From NCBI GenBank assembly GCA_048887225.1, contig JBHLJY010000005.1, forward strand, positions 1 through 64,000: a DNA stretch of 64,000 nucleotides, given 5' to 3'. Positions 30,723 to 41,252 of this stretch are shown in pieces (position 1 is the first letter of the stretch; every line of letters begins with the position of its first letter). The position numbers were made by a program, and so were the translations under genes. Under the pieces are notes generated by a model. The model saw only the letters and a program-made list of their open reading frames with translations, did no database searches and was not told the DNA's origin. The stretch is from Candidatus Hodarchaeota archaeon. Lineage in GTDB: Archaea > Asgardarchaeota > Lokiarchaeia > Sigyniarchaeales > SOKP01.

Positions 30723-32216
30723 ATGAGTACACATTTTTTACATGATTTTCTACGTCCAAAAAGCATAGCCATTTATGGGGCTAATAACTCTTTCGGAACC
30801 ACTATGGGTACCATGCAACTAATAAGAATAATAAGTTCTGGATATAAGGGTATAATTTTCCCTATCCATTTACAATTAGATAAAGTTTTAGGTTATAAAG
30901 CGTATAGATCAATTGCAGAAGTTCCAGAAATTCCTGATCTCGTTATAATAGTGTTGCCACCTAAAATCGTCCCTCAAATTTTTAGAGAATGTGGAGAGAA
31001 AGGAGTCAAAAATATTGTAGTGATTTCTGGAGGTTTTAGAGAAGTTACGGACGATCGTACTAACACGCTTACGGAAGAAATAATTAATATTGCGAATTAT
31101 TATGGCATTAGATTCATTGGCCCCAATTGTTTTGGATTTTATAATAGTTGGATTTATCCCGAAAACGATGGTATACTCAATATGATGGTATGGGGGGATG
31201 GATTAAAAAGAGGGAAATTCTCATTAGCTTCTCAAAGTGGTACAATGTCAAGTCATTGGGGGATGGATCCTGAATATATTGATCTTAACGTTGGCAAGAC
31301 AATTTCCGTAGGAAATGAAGCAAACATTGACTTAGTAGATTTTTTAGAATATTTTAAAGATGATGATGAAACCGAAGTAATAGGATTGTATATTGAAGAA
31401 ATTAAACGAGGACAAAAATTTGTACAATTAGCAAAAGAGATAACATTAAAAAAACCGATAGTAGCGATTTATGGAGGAGGATCTGGAGCAGGTAATCGTG
31501 CCATAAAGAGTCATACAGGCTCAATGGCAGGAAACATCAAAATTTTTGATGCTATGATTAAGGAGACAGGTATTATTAAAACCGATTATATTGAAGAATT
31601 TTTAGATATTACATCTATGTTATCAAATCCAAACTTCATATATCCTAAAGGAAAACGAATTGGAATTATAACTAACTCAGGAGGGCCGGGAGCTTTGATA
31701 GCAAACAATGCTGAAAGAAAAGGATTAATCGTTCCTGAATTTTCAGATTCATTGCAATCAAAATTTAAAAAAATATTGCCTCCCACTGCCAGTTGGGTTA
31801 ACCCTATAGATGTTACATTTGATATGAATATCTTTAATTTTTATATAAATCTTCCTAAAATATTAATGAAATCTGGTGAAATAGATGTTATAATCATGTA
31901 TGGTGCTATAGGATTTCATGAGTTAATGCCATACCTGCAACAAGATGAAAAAATATCAACTTATATAGAATTCAGGGAAGATTTGGTTGATAAAATAGAT
32001 GATATGGACAAAATATTTATTATACCAACAATTAAAGCATCTCAAAAGTATTCAATTCCAATTATATATATTAATCCTCAAAATTATGCTAGTCCTTGGT
32101 CAAAAAAAATGAGAGAACATGGAGGGATCGTCTTTCAATTCTGGGATCGTCCCGTAAGCGCGCTTTCAAAGATAATTGAATACGCTGAATATAGACGAAA
32201 GCAATCAAAGAATTGA
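30723..32216 (+). CDS. acyl-CoA synthetase (ADP-forming) alpha subunit
   Basis: PKSIAIYGA, GPNCFG, SQSG, GNEA, SHTGS (phospho-His), NSGGPG, NPID. Confidence 0.88.
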   Translation: MSTHFLHDFLRPKSIAIYGANNSFGTTMGTMQLIRIISSGYKGIIFPIHLQLDKVLGYKAYRSIAEVPEIPDLVIIVLPPKIVPQIFRECGEKGVKNIVVISGGFREVTDDRTNTLTEEIINIANYYGIRFIGPNCFGFYNSWIYPENDGILNMMVWGDGLKRGKFSLASQSGTMSSHWGMDPEYIDLNVGKTISVGNEANIDLVDFLEYFKDDDETEVIGLYIEEIKRGQKFVQLAKEITLKKPIVAIYGGGSGAGNRAIKSHTGSMAGNIKIFDAMIKETGIIKTDYIEEFLDITSMLSNPNFIYPKGKRIGIITNSGGPGALIANNAERKGLIVPEFSDSLQSKFKKILPPTASWVNPIDVTFDMNIFNFYINLPKILMKSGEIDVIIMYGAIGFHELMPYLQQDEKISTYIEFREDLVDKIDDMDKIFIIPTIKASQKYSIPIIYINPQNYASPWSKKMREHGGIVFQFWDRPVSALSKIIEYAEYRRKQSKN

Positions 32217-32222
32217 ACTTCT

Positions 32223-32450
32223 TTATAGTTTTTGAATTTTTAAATAGTAATTTTTACCATCACTATTGAATTTTAAGACTTCTCCACCGTGTTTTTCAAC
32301 GTATCGTTTAATATTTTCTCCTGCTTCGCAAAAATCCCCTGAAACTTCAAGAACATCCCCACTATTCATCTTATTCATTTGTTTTTTTGTTTGTGCAACT
32401 GGTATTGGACAAACCAAACCCGAACAATCTAATTTATACATCTCTGGCAT
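32223..32450 (-). CDS. tusA: TusA/SirA-family sulfur carrier
   Basis: LDCSGLVCPIP. Confidence 0.88.
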   Translation of the reverse strand: MPEMYKLDCSGLVCPIPVAQTKKQMNKMNSGDVLEVSGDFCEAGENIKRYVEKHGGEVLKFNSDGKNYYLKIQKL

Positions 32451-32473
32451 AAAGTCTTAAATCTCCATAATTT

Positions 32474-32833
32474 TTAACTAAAAATAACATTATCCGCTGT
32501 TTCGCACATTTCCAAAAATCCATTCATAGTAGTAATTTCAATACCATCTATTAATTCTTCGGCAGCTACACCTCGAGCTTTAGTGCATACCCCACAAGCT
32601 TTAACATTCGCACCTTCTTCAATAACATCCTTCATCCATTTGCCAACATTATCATAACTAGAGGGATCTTGGTTTTTCTTCCCTACAAAAACGCCATCCT
32701 CAACTAAGAATAAATTTATCTCGCAACCTCCTAAAAGAGCTGTATAGGCAAATCTAAGCATCGTAAAAGGTCTTTCCTTCGTATAAGGTGCATCAGCAAT
32801 AATAATTGTAAAAATTTTCTTCTTTCCTGACAT
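32474..32833 (-). CDS. DsrE-family sulfur relay protein
   Basis: APY..E, FLVEDGV, ACGVC..ARG. Confidence 0.85.
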   Translation of the reverse strand: MSGKKKIFTIIIADAPYTKERPFTMLRFAYTALLGGCEINLFLVEDGVFVGKKNQDPSSYDNVGKWMKDVIEEGANVKACGVCTKARGVAAEELIDGIEITTMNGFLEMCETADNVIFS

Positions 32834-33011
32834 TTTACTTCTGCTTCAGTTTTAAAATATCTAATGTAGGGAAGGTTTTTTGATTTATTAATTTTTCGCA
32901 TAATTATTATCAATTTTTTGCATAAATTCTAATATATTATCCTAATAAAAAACCAGAATATAAGCATTGATAATCAAATTATTTAAATATTTGACCATTA
33001 TTTATGCGTAT

Positions 33012-34157
33012 ATGATATATACTAAATTTCAAAAATTAATAGGAACGAAGTATCCAATAATTCAAGCCGGAATGGGCCCGTATAGTACAACTGACCTCTG
33101 CATTGCGGTAGCTAAAGTAGGAGGATTAGGATTGATCTCAACCATTGGAATGGGCACAGGTCTAAGTTTGGCTACACCTGAAGCTGCAGAAAAGATTTTT
33201 GGGAAAGGAAGGCCCAAAGAAATTGTAAAAAAAGTCATACAATATGTTTACGATAAATTAGAGGATTATCCGGACGCCAAATTTGGCGTTAATGTACCTG
33301 TTGCGGCAGATTTTGATTATGTCGCAAAACGCTTAGTTCAAGGAATTATTGAAATTTTAAATAATAAACCAGAAATTAAAAAAAAATTAGTAGTTTTAGT
33401 AACCTCAGCAGGAGACCCCTTACCTTGGGCAGTTAACGCTAAGAACAAAGGTGCTAAAAAGGAAAGAATCCCCGTTAAAGAAGAAATACAACATATAATT
33501 TGGTGCCATGTCTGCCCTAGCGTGCGAACTGCAAAACGTGCCGAAAAAGCTGATGTCGATATCGTCATTGCCTCAGGCAGAGAAGGCGGAGCCCATTGTG
33601 CGTGGAGGGATGTTTCATCAATGGTATTATTACCTGAAGTCGTGAAAAATGTTAATAAACCTGTTGTTGGTGCTGGAGGATTTTCAGACGGAGCTTCTTT
33701 AGCAGCAGCTTTAGCGTTAGGTGCCATAGGAGTTCAAATGGGAACCCGTTTTATTGCTACGAAGGAAGCTGATTTTCAGCAAATGTGGAAAGAAGCAATC
33801 GTTAAAAGAGCTGAAACGGATACGCTTATTGCACGAGGATTCTTTGGTCCTATGAGATTTCTTAGGAATCAAATGTCTTTAAAAGTAGTGGATGAAACAA
33901 TTTCAGGTGCATCTGACCTGTTTCGCGGAATTCCATGCCCATCAAACGACTCTATAATGAATATTGAACTGGAGGGCCTGAAAAAGCTTTATGATGAAAT
34001 CGAAGAAGAGTCCATAATACTGGGCGGTTCGGTTACAGGTCGCATTCATTCGATTCCAACGGTGAAAGAATTGCTTGAAAGTATAATAACTGAAGCTGAA
34101 AAAATTATCTCAGAATTACCTTCTTACATTAGAAAAGAAAAATTAATAGAGATTTAG
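33012..34157 (+). CDS. nitronate monooxygenase / FabK-like flavoprotein
   Basis: YPIIQAGMG, EGGAH, GAGG, GVQMGTRF. Confidence 0.85.
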   Translation: MIYTKFQKLIGTKYPIIQAGMGPYSTTDLCIAVAKVGGLGLISTIGMGTGLSLATPEAAEKIFGKGRPKEIVKKVIQYVYDKLEDYPDAKFGVNVPVAADFDYVAKRLVQGIIEILNNKPEIKKKLVVLVTSAGDPLPWAVNAKNKGAKKERIPVKEEIQHIIWCHVCPSVRTAKRAEKADVDIVIASGREGGAHCAWRDVSSMVLLPEVVKNVNKPVVGAGGFSDGASLAAALALGAIGVQMGTRFIATKEADFQQMWKEAIVKRAETDTLIARGFFGPMRFLRNQMSLKVVDETISGASDLFRGIPCPSNDSIMNIELEGLKKLYDEIEEESIILGGSVTGRIHSIPTVKELLESIITEAEKIISELPSYIRKEKLIEI

Positions 34158-34205
34158 AGTTATATAACTTGAAAAAAAGGTAAAAAAAATTAAATCGAAA
34201 AAAAA

Positions 34206-35399
34206 TTATCGCTTTAAATTCGCAGAAGCCCAGTCGTAATAACCCTTATCTTCCATGACTTTTGGAATTTCAGCAAAGAATTGAGCTGTTATGTCTTTCA
34301 AATGTTTAGCTGCAACTGGATGAAACATCATTGCGAGATCTAATCCTACTAAAGTCAATGTAAGAGCGTTAATTACTTCCCATATCGGTCCTCTATATTG
34401 TCTTAGACCCCATTCAGGCGCTTGCTTTTCGCTCATCCACGCTTCACGAGCACCCCAAGCGTTAGTAGTACCACCACTGATCGGATAAGCTAAATCTTTT
34501 TCGCCTAAAAGCCCAGCAATACGCATTCTTTGGTAAATGCTAAAAGAATATTCCATCCCATAGCCTAAAGTAGCGCACGTAGGGTCCATCACTATTCTAT
34601 TGCGTGGTAGACCTAATTCTATTGCGTCTTTATTCATTTTTATTTGATTATTGAGGTCTAAACTTGTCCATAAGAGACAATTATGATCATGTTTCACGGC
34701 AAGCGGAATAACATCCTCCCATGTTGCCTTATCTGCGGCTGAGAGCATTAATACTTCGCTTTCTGTAGCCGCTGCGGTGGCTTTAAACATTTCAACGTCT
34801 TTTTCCTTGTTTCCCGAACATCCTATTATTACAGGAACGTCAACAGCTTGAAGTATTTCTTCTAAAAATTTTACGGACTGCGAGACTGGTGCATCGCCCA
34901 TAGCCGGGTCGATTTCTAACGAATGAAATGTAATCGACTCAGCCCCAAACTTATTAACAGCAAATTTTGCCCATTCAGCGGGATCTCCTAAGACATCTCC
35001 ATATTCTTGTTTGATTGGTTTTGGAAGCATCATTTTTGCACCCATATCAAACACATCATACGTAACGAGGGGTGGATTAGGATTTCTTTTTTCAAGTCCT
35101 AAGAAGTTATAAAATGGAGGTACTTTTTCACCACCTATAGTGCAAGTTTTCCCGTTCGACCGGATGAATTGGATAGTTTCAATTTCTCCAGGGAATTCTA
35201 TATCGAGTGAAAATTTAGTTGGCGTCCATTCGGCTTTTCCAAGTACTGGAATTCCAACGGCCTGAGCTGCTGTAGCTATTACGCTTGGCAGTACTTGGAA
35301 TTCTAGATATTCAGCCATTAAATCTACATCAACAAGTTCTAATTCATCAATATCTTTCATTAATTCAGCTAATTTTTTACTAATTTCGTCGAAAGAAAT
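34206..35399 (-). CDS. cdhD: acetyl-CoA decarbonylase/synthase delta subunit (probable ATT start; first ATG at 35360)
   Basis: IGGEKVPPFY, DPAEWAK, GCSGN.EKD, MDPT..LGYGMEY, NAWGAREAW, MMFHP. Confidence 0.9.
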   Translation of the reverse strand: MSFDEISKKLAELMKDIDELELVDVDLMAEYLEFQVLPSVIATAAQAVGIPVLGKAEWTPTKFSLDIEFPGEIETIQFIRSNGKTCTIGGEKVPPFYNFLGLEKRNPNPPLVTYDVFDMGAKMMLPKPIKQEYGDVLGDPAEWAKFAVNKFGAESITFHSLEIDPAMGDAPVSQSVKFLEEILQAVDVPVIIGCSGNKEKDVEMFKATAAATESEVLMLSAADKATWEDVIPLAVKHDHNCLLWTSLDLNNQIKMNKDAIELGLPRNRIVMDPTCATLGYGMEYSFSIYQRMRIAGLLGEKDLAYPISGGTTNAWGAREAWMSEKQAPEWGLRQYRGPIWEVINALTLTLVGLDLAMMFHPVAAKHLKDITAQFFAEIPKVMEDKGYYDWASANLKR

Positions 35400-35492
35400 T
35401 TTACATCACGTTATATTTCGTTTTTTAGTATTTTGATTGATAAAAATATAAAACTAATTATTGAAATTAACAATGATTTAAATACATAGTGA

Positions 35493-35505
35493 GACGAAAT
35501 TCGTC
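35493..35505. promoter_or_regulatory. palindrome upstream of cdhD
   Basis: GACGAA-A-TTCGTC in an AT-rich intergenic region. Confidence 0.35.
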
Positions 35506-35591
35506 ATTTATTTTCGAAATATGTTAAAGAATTTAAGAGAAAATTTTATCAATTTGATCACCAATCAAAGAAATCCTTCCAATTTTAATTT

Positions 35592-36092
35592 TTAGCCTTT
35601 TTTTAGAATTTTATTTCTAGCAAAATTTACTAAGCCTTCGGCGGATATTATTTCTTGTATAAAGGAGGGCATTCTTTTAATTTTGAACTCATTATTAGTT
35701 GTTATATTTCTTATTATTCCTTTTTCAGAATGAACATCTAATTCATCCCCAGTATTTATTTCATCAATATTAGAAAATTCGATTATAGGCAAACCTATGT
35801 TTATCGCATTTCTAAAAAATATTCTTGCATAATATGATGCAATAATGCATTTAATACCTGCGGCCTTTATAGCAATCGGTGCTTGTTCCCTACTTGAACC
35901 ACATCCAAAATTAGCACCAGCAACTAATATTATAGCGCCTGTTTCTTTTATTTTTTGATTAAATTCGGGATCTAAATCTTCCATACAATGCTCAGCTAAG
36001 TAAAGAGAATCTGACTTAATCAAGTATCTTGCTGGAATGATTAAATCTGTGTTGATGTTTTTTTTATCGTACTTTATTACTTTTCCTCTCAA
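35592..36092 (-). CDS. leuD: 3-isopropylmalate dehydratase small subunit
   Basis: INTDLIIPARY, NFGCGSSREQAP, ARIFFRNAINIG. Confidence 0.92.
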   Translation of the reverse strand: MRGKVIKYDKKNINTDLIIPARYLIKSDSLYLAEHCMEDLDPEFNQKIKETGAIILVAGANFGCGSSREQAPIAIKAAGIKCIIASYYARIFFRNAINIGLPIIEFSNIDEINTGDELDVHSEKGIIRNITTNNEFKIKRMPSFIQEIISAEGLVNFARNKILKKG

Positions 36093-36123
36093 ATTTTATC
36101 ACGATTGATATTATTGTAGATAA

Positions 36124-37386
36124 TCAGGGTGCTGTGATATAACCTTTAATTGCGGAGGCTGCTGCAACAGCTGGACTTGATAGATAGACTTCACTTTCTA
36201 CATGACCCATTCTTCCAATAAAATTACGGCTAGTAGTGGAAATTGCTCTCTCACCTGCAGCAAGTATACCCATATAACCACCTAAACATGGTCCGCAAGT
36301 GGGAGGTGATACGATTGCCCCCGCATCTAGAAAAATTTCTATCAATCCTTCATTTAGAGCATCTAGATAAATATTTTGAGTACCAGGAATAACAATACAT
36401 CTGATATTTGATTTTATTTTATGATTTTTAAGAATCTTAGCGGCAATTCTTAAATCTTCTAAACGACCATTTGTACAAGAGCCGATTAAGACTTGATCTA
36501 TTTCGACTTTCATAGCATCGACTATAGAAATTGGCTTAGAATTCTCCGGTAAGTGAGGAAATGCCACTTGAGGTTCAATACTATTGCAATCGAACTCTAT
36601 TACGTCAAAATATTCAGCGTCTTTATCGCTTTCATATATTTTATAATTTTTATTTCCTATATCTTCTAAGTAGGATACCGTGACTTTATCTGGGGCAATT
36701 ATTCCGTTTTTTCCACCTGCTTCTATTGCCATATTACAGATTGTAAATCTATTAGACATAGATAAATTTTTAATAGTTTCACCTGTAAATTCCATGGCTT
36801 TATACGTAGCACCATCTACTCCGATTTGACCAATTGTGTATAAAATCAAATCTTTTCCCGAAACCCACTCGTTTAATTTGCCAGTATAGATGAATTTAAT
36901 CGATTCTGGGATTTTAAACCAGCACTCTCCTAAAGCCATTGCTACGCCTAGGTCTGTTGATCCTACACCTGTAGAAAAAGCACCAAGAGCGCCGTAAGTA
37001 CATGTATGAGAGTCAGCTCCAATAAAAATATCTCCAGGAGAGACTAATCCTTGTTCTGGAATAAGGCAGTGTTCAATTCCAACCCGTCCAATTTCGAAAT
37101 AGTTGATAATTTTATTTTTATGAGCAAAATCTCTGAGTATTTTACATTGTTCAGCTGAGGCTATGTCCTTATTGGGCGTAAAATGATCAGGAGTCAAAAT
37201 TACACTTTTTTTATCAAATACACTTCTTTCAGTTCCTTCAACAATTTTCTCAAATACTTGAATAGCAATTGGTGCTGTGATATCATTTGCAAGGCATTTA
37301 TCAATATTAGCTAAAATAAAATCTCCTGCAGAAACATTATCATCGCAATGGTCTCTTAAAATCTTTTCAGTTATAGTGAATCCCAT
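36124..37386 (-). CDS. leuC: 3-isopropylmalate dehydratase large subunit
   Basis: [29 protein letters not shown]. Confidence 0.93.
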   Translation of the reverse strand: MGFTITEKILRDHCDDNVSAGDFILANIDKCLANDITAPIAIQVFEKIVEGTERSVFDKKSVILTPDHFTPNKDIASAEQCKILRDFAHKNKIINYFEIGRVGIEHCLIPEQGLVSPGDIFIGADSHTCTYGALGAFSTGVGSTDLGVAMALGECWFKIPESIKFIYTGKLNEWVSGKDLILYTIGQIGVDGATYKAMEFTGETIKNLSMSNRFTICNMAIEAGGKNGIIAPDKVTVSYLEDIGNKNYKIYESDKDAEYFDVIEFDCNSIEPQVAFPHLPENSKPISIVDAMKVEIDQVLIGSCTNGRLEDLRIAAKILKNHKIKSNIRCIVIPGTQNIYLDALNEGLIEIFLDAGAIVSPPTCGPCLGGYMGILAAGERAISTTSRNFIGRMGHVESEVYLSSPAVAAASAIKGYITAP

Positions 37387-37527
37387 AACATTGTAGCCTA
37401 TTTAAAATTTGTCAAGGTATTCAAATATTTAAATTTGAAAATAAATCATATTATAAATTTTTATTCGTTTCTAATAATATCGTCAAAAAAATTAATCGAA
37501 GAATTTTTAAAAATTTAAGTAAAAAAA

Positions 37528-38670
37528 ATGCCATCTATAGCACATTTAGTTTTAGGCGGAGTAATAGCATTATGTTTTTATTATATAAGTAATGGAAAAT
37601 TTACAAAAACTCATGCATTTATCTTTTTTTTATGTAATTATTTAGGACCAGATGTTGGATGGATCTTGGGTATTGGGCGGTTCACTCATTCTTTATTATT
37701 TTGGCCTTTATTTGCTGTTATTTTAGCATTTTTATATCATTATTTCACAAGATTTGCGATCAGGATTGATAGCATTAAAAACGTAGAGATCATAGATTTA
37801 GAAGGATATAAATTACATTATTTTAACACATATTTATTGGTTTTAGCAGCAGGTATTTTACACCTTTACTTAGACGGAATAATGAATAAAGAGGGTGAAT
37901 TTCGAATAATTCCTCAACTTCCTTTAAATTACAAAGGATTATATTGGACTTTAAATGACTTTTTTATCTTCGGAGAAGAAGGAGTTCTCCAAATTCATTT
38001 TCTTATCTCAATATTTATTGGAGTTACATTAATTTTTGGATTTGTATTCATATTTGTCTGGTTTTTAAAGAAAAATACAAAAAAAAACGCTATAATTGTT
38101 TTTATTTATATCGTTGCGTTTGTCATTTTCTTTTATTTAGCCGGCTCCATAATTACAACGTTCCATCCTGATGGAGGTGCCATTATTTATATTAGTATTT
38201 TTTGGGCATTACCATTAGTTTTTTGTGTTCTTTCCACAAGAGAGTTTAGATTTATAAAAAGAGATGAAAACGGATTAATAAAATGTAAGAAATATGCTTA
38301 TAAAAGATTTGGAAAATTGTTTTTTATAATTGCGTGGTTGTTTATAATAGGATTATTACTACTAATAACATCAATATTAGGTTTTATGCATAACGATGCT
38401 ATATTGAAGCATATTTTTTCTAATTATGGAGATAGAATCTCGCCGTATTTTAGTCAGAGCGAATTCTTAATATTACTTTTAACGATAGAAACGATTCATT
38501 TAGTAATGTCATTGATTAATTTTTTTTGTGTTATTGGACTATTATTTAAGAATAAACATGCATGGAAATTTGCTGTTTATTACAACCTTATATTATCATG
38601 GACTATAATTGGTCTAACAATTGCTTGTGCCTTAAATGAAAAATCTGTGAAAAAAATATTTAAATTTTAA
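37528..38670 (+). CDS. membrane-bound metal-dependent hydrolase (YdjM-like)
   Basis: N-terminal H, GPD, FTHS, HLYLD in a polytopic membrane protein. Confidence 0.65.
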   Translation: MPSIAHLVLGGVIALCFYYISNGKFTKTHAFIFFLCNYLGPDVGWILGIGRFTHSLLFWPLFAVILAFLYHYFTRFAIRIDSIKNVEIIDLEGYKLHYFNTYLLVLAAGILHLYLDGIMNKEGEFRIIPQLPLNYKGLYWTLNDFFIFGEEGVLQIHFLISIFIGVTLIFGFVFIFVWFLKKNTKKNAIIVFIYIVAFVIFFYLAGSIITTFHPDGGAIIYISIFWALPLVFCVLSTREFRFIKRDENGLIKCKKYAYKRFGKLFFIIAWLFIIGLLLLITSILGFMHNDAILKHIFSNYGDRISPYFSQSEFLILLLTIETIHLVMSLINFFCVIGLLFKNKHAWKFAVYYNLILSWTIIGLTIACALNEKSVKKIFKF

Positions 38671-38749
38671 TTTTATTTTATTTTTCGTAATTTTTTTCAG
38701 TTATCTCCTATTATTCTTATTATTAATGATCCTTTAGGCTGATTATTTG

Positions 38750-39634
38750 ATGGACAATCTAATATTAGAAAATCTAGAGTTTGAGAAATACCATGGTTTA
38801 GGAAATGACTATATTATAATTAACGATATTCAATGGAAAATTCCCGATGGAAAAAAGGCAGGATTAGCAAAAAAAATATGTAAAAGACATTTATCTATAG
38901 GAGCAAACGGTTTAATTTTCGTGGTCAATTCAGATAAAGCAGATATTAGAATGCGTATTTTCAATGCCGATGGTTCGGAAGCGGAAATGTGTGGAAATGG
39001 GATTAGATGCTTTTCTAAATATGTGTACGAAAAAAATATAATAAATAAAGACGAAATAGAAATCGAAACTCTAAAGGGAATAATAGTTGCGAAACTTAAG
39101 GTTGTTGATAATGAAGTTAAAAGCGTTAAAATTGACATGGGAGCACCTATATTAGATTGTGAAAAAATCCCTGTAATTTCAATTAAAAATGAGAGCAGTT
39201 GTTTAAGCGAACCACTTGAGATATTAGATAGAAAATTTACTTTTTCAGCCGTTTCAATGGGAAATCCACACGCCGTTATTTTTATTGACGAACAATTAAA
39301 TAATGACGACTTGGAAAAATATGGCGGTGCCATTGAACCACACGACCGTTTTCCAAATAAAACAAATGTAGAATTTGTTAAAATTTTGTCTGAAACTGAG
39401 GGTGTTTTAAGAGTTTACGAGAGGGGAGTAGGTATAACTACCTCTTGCGGTACAGGAACATGTGCGGCGGTAGTGGCTGGAACTAAACTAGGAAAATTTA
39501 GAAAAAATACACCCATTATTATACATAATGATGGGGGAGACTTGATAATATCTTATTTAGTCGGTGAAACGGTTCTGATGGAAGGTCCGGTTCAAAGAGT
39601 TTTTAAAGGTGTAATTGAGTATTTAGAAGTTTGA
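38750..39634 (+). CDS. dapF: diaminopimelate epimerase
   Basis: KYHGLGND, EMCGNG, GNPH, ERGVG, SCGTG. Confidence 0.95.
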   Translation: MDNLILENLEFEKYHGLGNDYIIINDIQWKIPDGKKAGLAKKICKRHLSIGANGLIFVVNSDKADIRMRIFNADGSEAEMCGNGIRCFSKYVYEKNIINKDEIEIETLKGIIVAKLKVVDNEVKSVKIDMGAPILDCEKIPVISIKNESSCLSEPLEILDRKFTFSAVSMGNPHAVIFIDEQLNNDDLEKYGGAIEPHDRFPNKTNVEFVKILSETEGVLRVYERGVGITTSCGTGTCAAVVAGTKLGKFRKNTPIIIHNDGGDLIISYLVGETVLMEGPVQRVFKGVIEYLEV

Positions 39635-39667
39635 CAAATTAAATAAGTTATATTAGAAATAATTAAA

Positions 39668-41005
39668 TTGCTGAATTTATTACCTATTATGATGGATTAC
39701 GAAAAATGGTTAAAATTTAAAGACTTAGAATATCGTGAAGGAATTCTATATATGGCAGATGTCAATACTGTAGATATAGCTAAAACATATGGCACACCAA
39801 TTTATGTTATTAACGAGGATTTGATTAGAAAAAGATATAAAACATTAAAGAAGGTTCTCAACTCAGTTTATAAAAACAACCAAGTTCATTTTGCGATGAA
39901 AGCTAATTCAAGTTTATCTATTCTGAAAATACTTAAATCCGAAGGTGCTTATTTTGATTGTACTTCCACAGGAGAAATTTATACATGTTTTAAAGCAGGA
40001 ATATCATCTGAAAAAATAATATATACAGGAAACATGTTTACTAACGAGGATTTTAAATTCGCTGTAGAGAATGATATATTGGTCAATTTAGATAGTATCA
40101 GCCAAATAAAGAGACTTGCGAAGGTATACGATGATTTAAGAAAAGAAAAAAACTTAATTTCTTTTAGAATAAATCCAGAATTTGGAGCCGGACACCATTC
40201 ACACGCGATAACGGCAGGAAAAGACATAAAATTTGGTATTTTAGAAGATCAAGTAATGGAGGCTTATTCAAAAGCTAAAGAATATGGATTTAAAAAATTT
40301 GGTACACATATTCATGTAGGTTCTGGTATTCTCGATCCTAATGATTTTGATAAAGCAAGTGAAAAATATCTAGCGATTATCACGAAATTAGCAGATACAC
40401 TTGATATTCAGTTTGATTTTGTGGATTTTGGAGGAGGATTAGGCATTCCATATCGTCCAGAAGAGGATCCTTTGGATTTAGAAGTATACAAGGAGGTTAT
40501 TATAAAAAAGTTTAAGGAATTAATTGAAAAAGGAGATATGAATCAAGCAAATTTTAAAATTGAACCAGGTCGTTTTCTGACAGCTGAAGCGAGTATAATT
40601 TTAACACAAATTAATACCATTAAAGACAACGGATATAAATTATTTGCAGGAGTAAATGCTGGATTTAATACTTTAATGAGACCTATACTTTATAACAGTT
40701 ATCACCATATAATATTATGTAATGAAAATGAAAGAAAAAAACGAGTAAGATATGATGTTGTTGGACCAATTTGTGAATCCGGTGATGTTTTGGGAAAAGG
40801 AAGGCTCTTACCAGAGTTAAGGGAAGGAGATTTTTTAGCTATACTCGATACGGGGGCGTATGGGTATACAATGAGTAGTCCATATAATTCAAGACCTAGA
40901 CCTGCGGAAGTTTTAATCAATGATGGAAAATCTTATTTAATAAGAAATGCAGAAAATTATGATGACCTTCTAGACCAACAGATTATTCCTAAGCATTTAA
41001 AATAA
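39668..41005 (+). CDS. lysA: diaminopimelate decarboxylase
   Basis: FAMKAN, KFG, HVGS, GGG, EPGR, GPICESGD, YNSRPRP; true start probably ATG 39689. Confidence 0.95.
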   Translation: MLNLLPIMMDYEKWLKFKDLEYREGILYMADVNTVDIAKTYGTPIYVINEDLIRKRYKTLKKVLNSVYKNNQVHFAMKANSSLSILKILKSEGAYFDCTSTGEIYTCFKAGISSEKIIYTGNMFTNEDFKFAVENDILVNLDSISQIKRLAKVYDDLRKEKNLISFRINPEFGAGHHSHAITAGKDIKFGILEDQVMEAYSKAKEYGFKKFGTHIHVGSGILDPNDFDKASEKYLAIITKLADTLDIQFDFVDFGGGLGIPYRPEEDPLDLEVYKEVIIKKFKELIEKGDMNQANFKIEPGRFLTAEASIILTQINTIKDNGYKLFAGVNAGFNTLMRPILYNSYHHIILCNENERKKRVRYDVVGPICESGDVLGKGRLLPELREGDFLAILDTGAYGYTMSSPYNSRPRPAEVLINDGKSYLIRNAENYDDLLDQQIIPKHLK

Positions 41006-41130
41006 TTTTCAAGATTAAATTTCTAATTTTTTAATCAAAATAAATAAATATTTTATTCATCTTTTTTATATTAAGATAAAATTATAAAAACGAGAACGAT
41101 TAAGGCTTGGATACCCTTTAATCCTTCTTT

Positions 41131-41193
41131 ATGAAGATTAGGCGCAACGAAATCTGCTTAAAACAGATTAATGAGAATACTGATCTGTCCTGA
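41131..41193 (+). ncRNA. box C/D sRNA (2'-O-methylation guide), possibly with a 5' hairpin from about 41098
   Basis: C ATGAAGA 41131; D' ACGA 41147; hairpin AATCTG/CAGATT; C' ATGAGAA 41171; guide TACTGATCTGTC; D CTGA 41190; GC-enriched island in an AT-rich gap. Confidence 0.65.
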
Positions 41194-41252
41194 TTATTTT
41201 TTATAATTTTATCTTATTTTCTTTTTTGAAAAAAAGTAAAATAGTTGTAGAT

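Noticed and set aside
41131-41180. Eukaryote-like SECIS element (ATGA...)
   Set aside because: No matching GA quartet on the 3' side and no flanking gene with an in-frame TGA; box C/D architecture fits better
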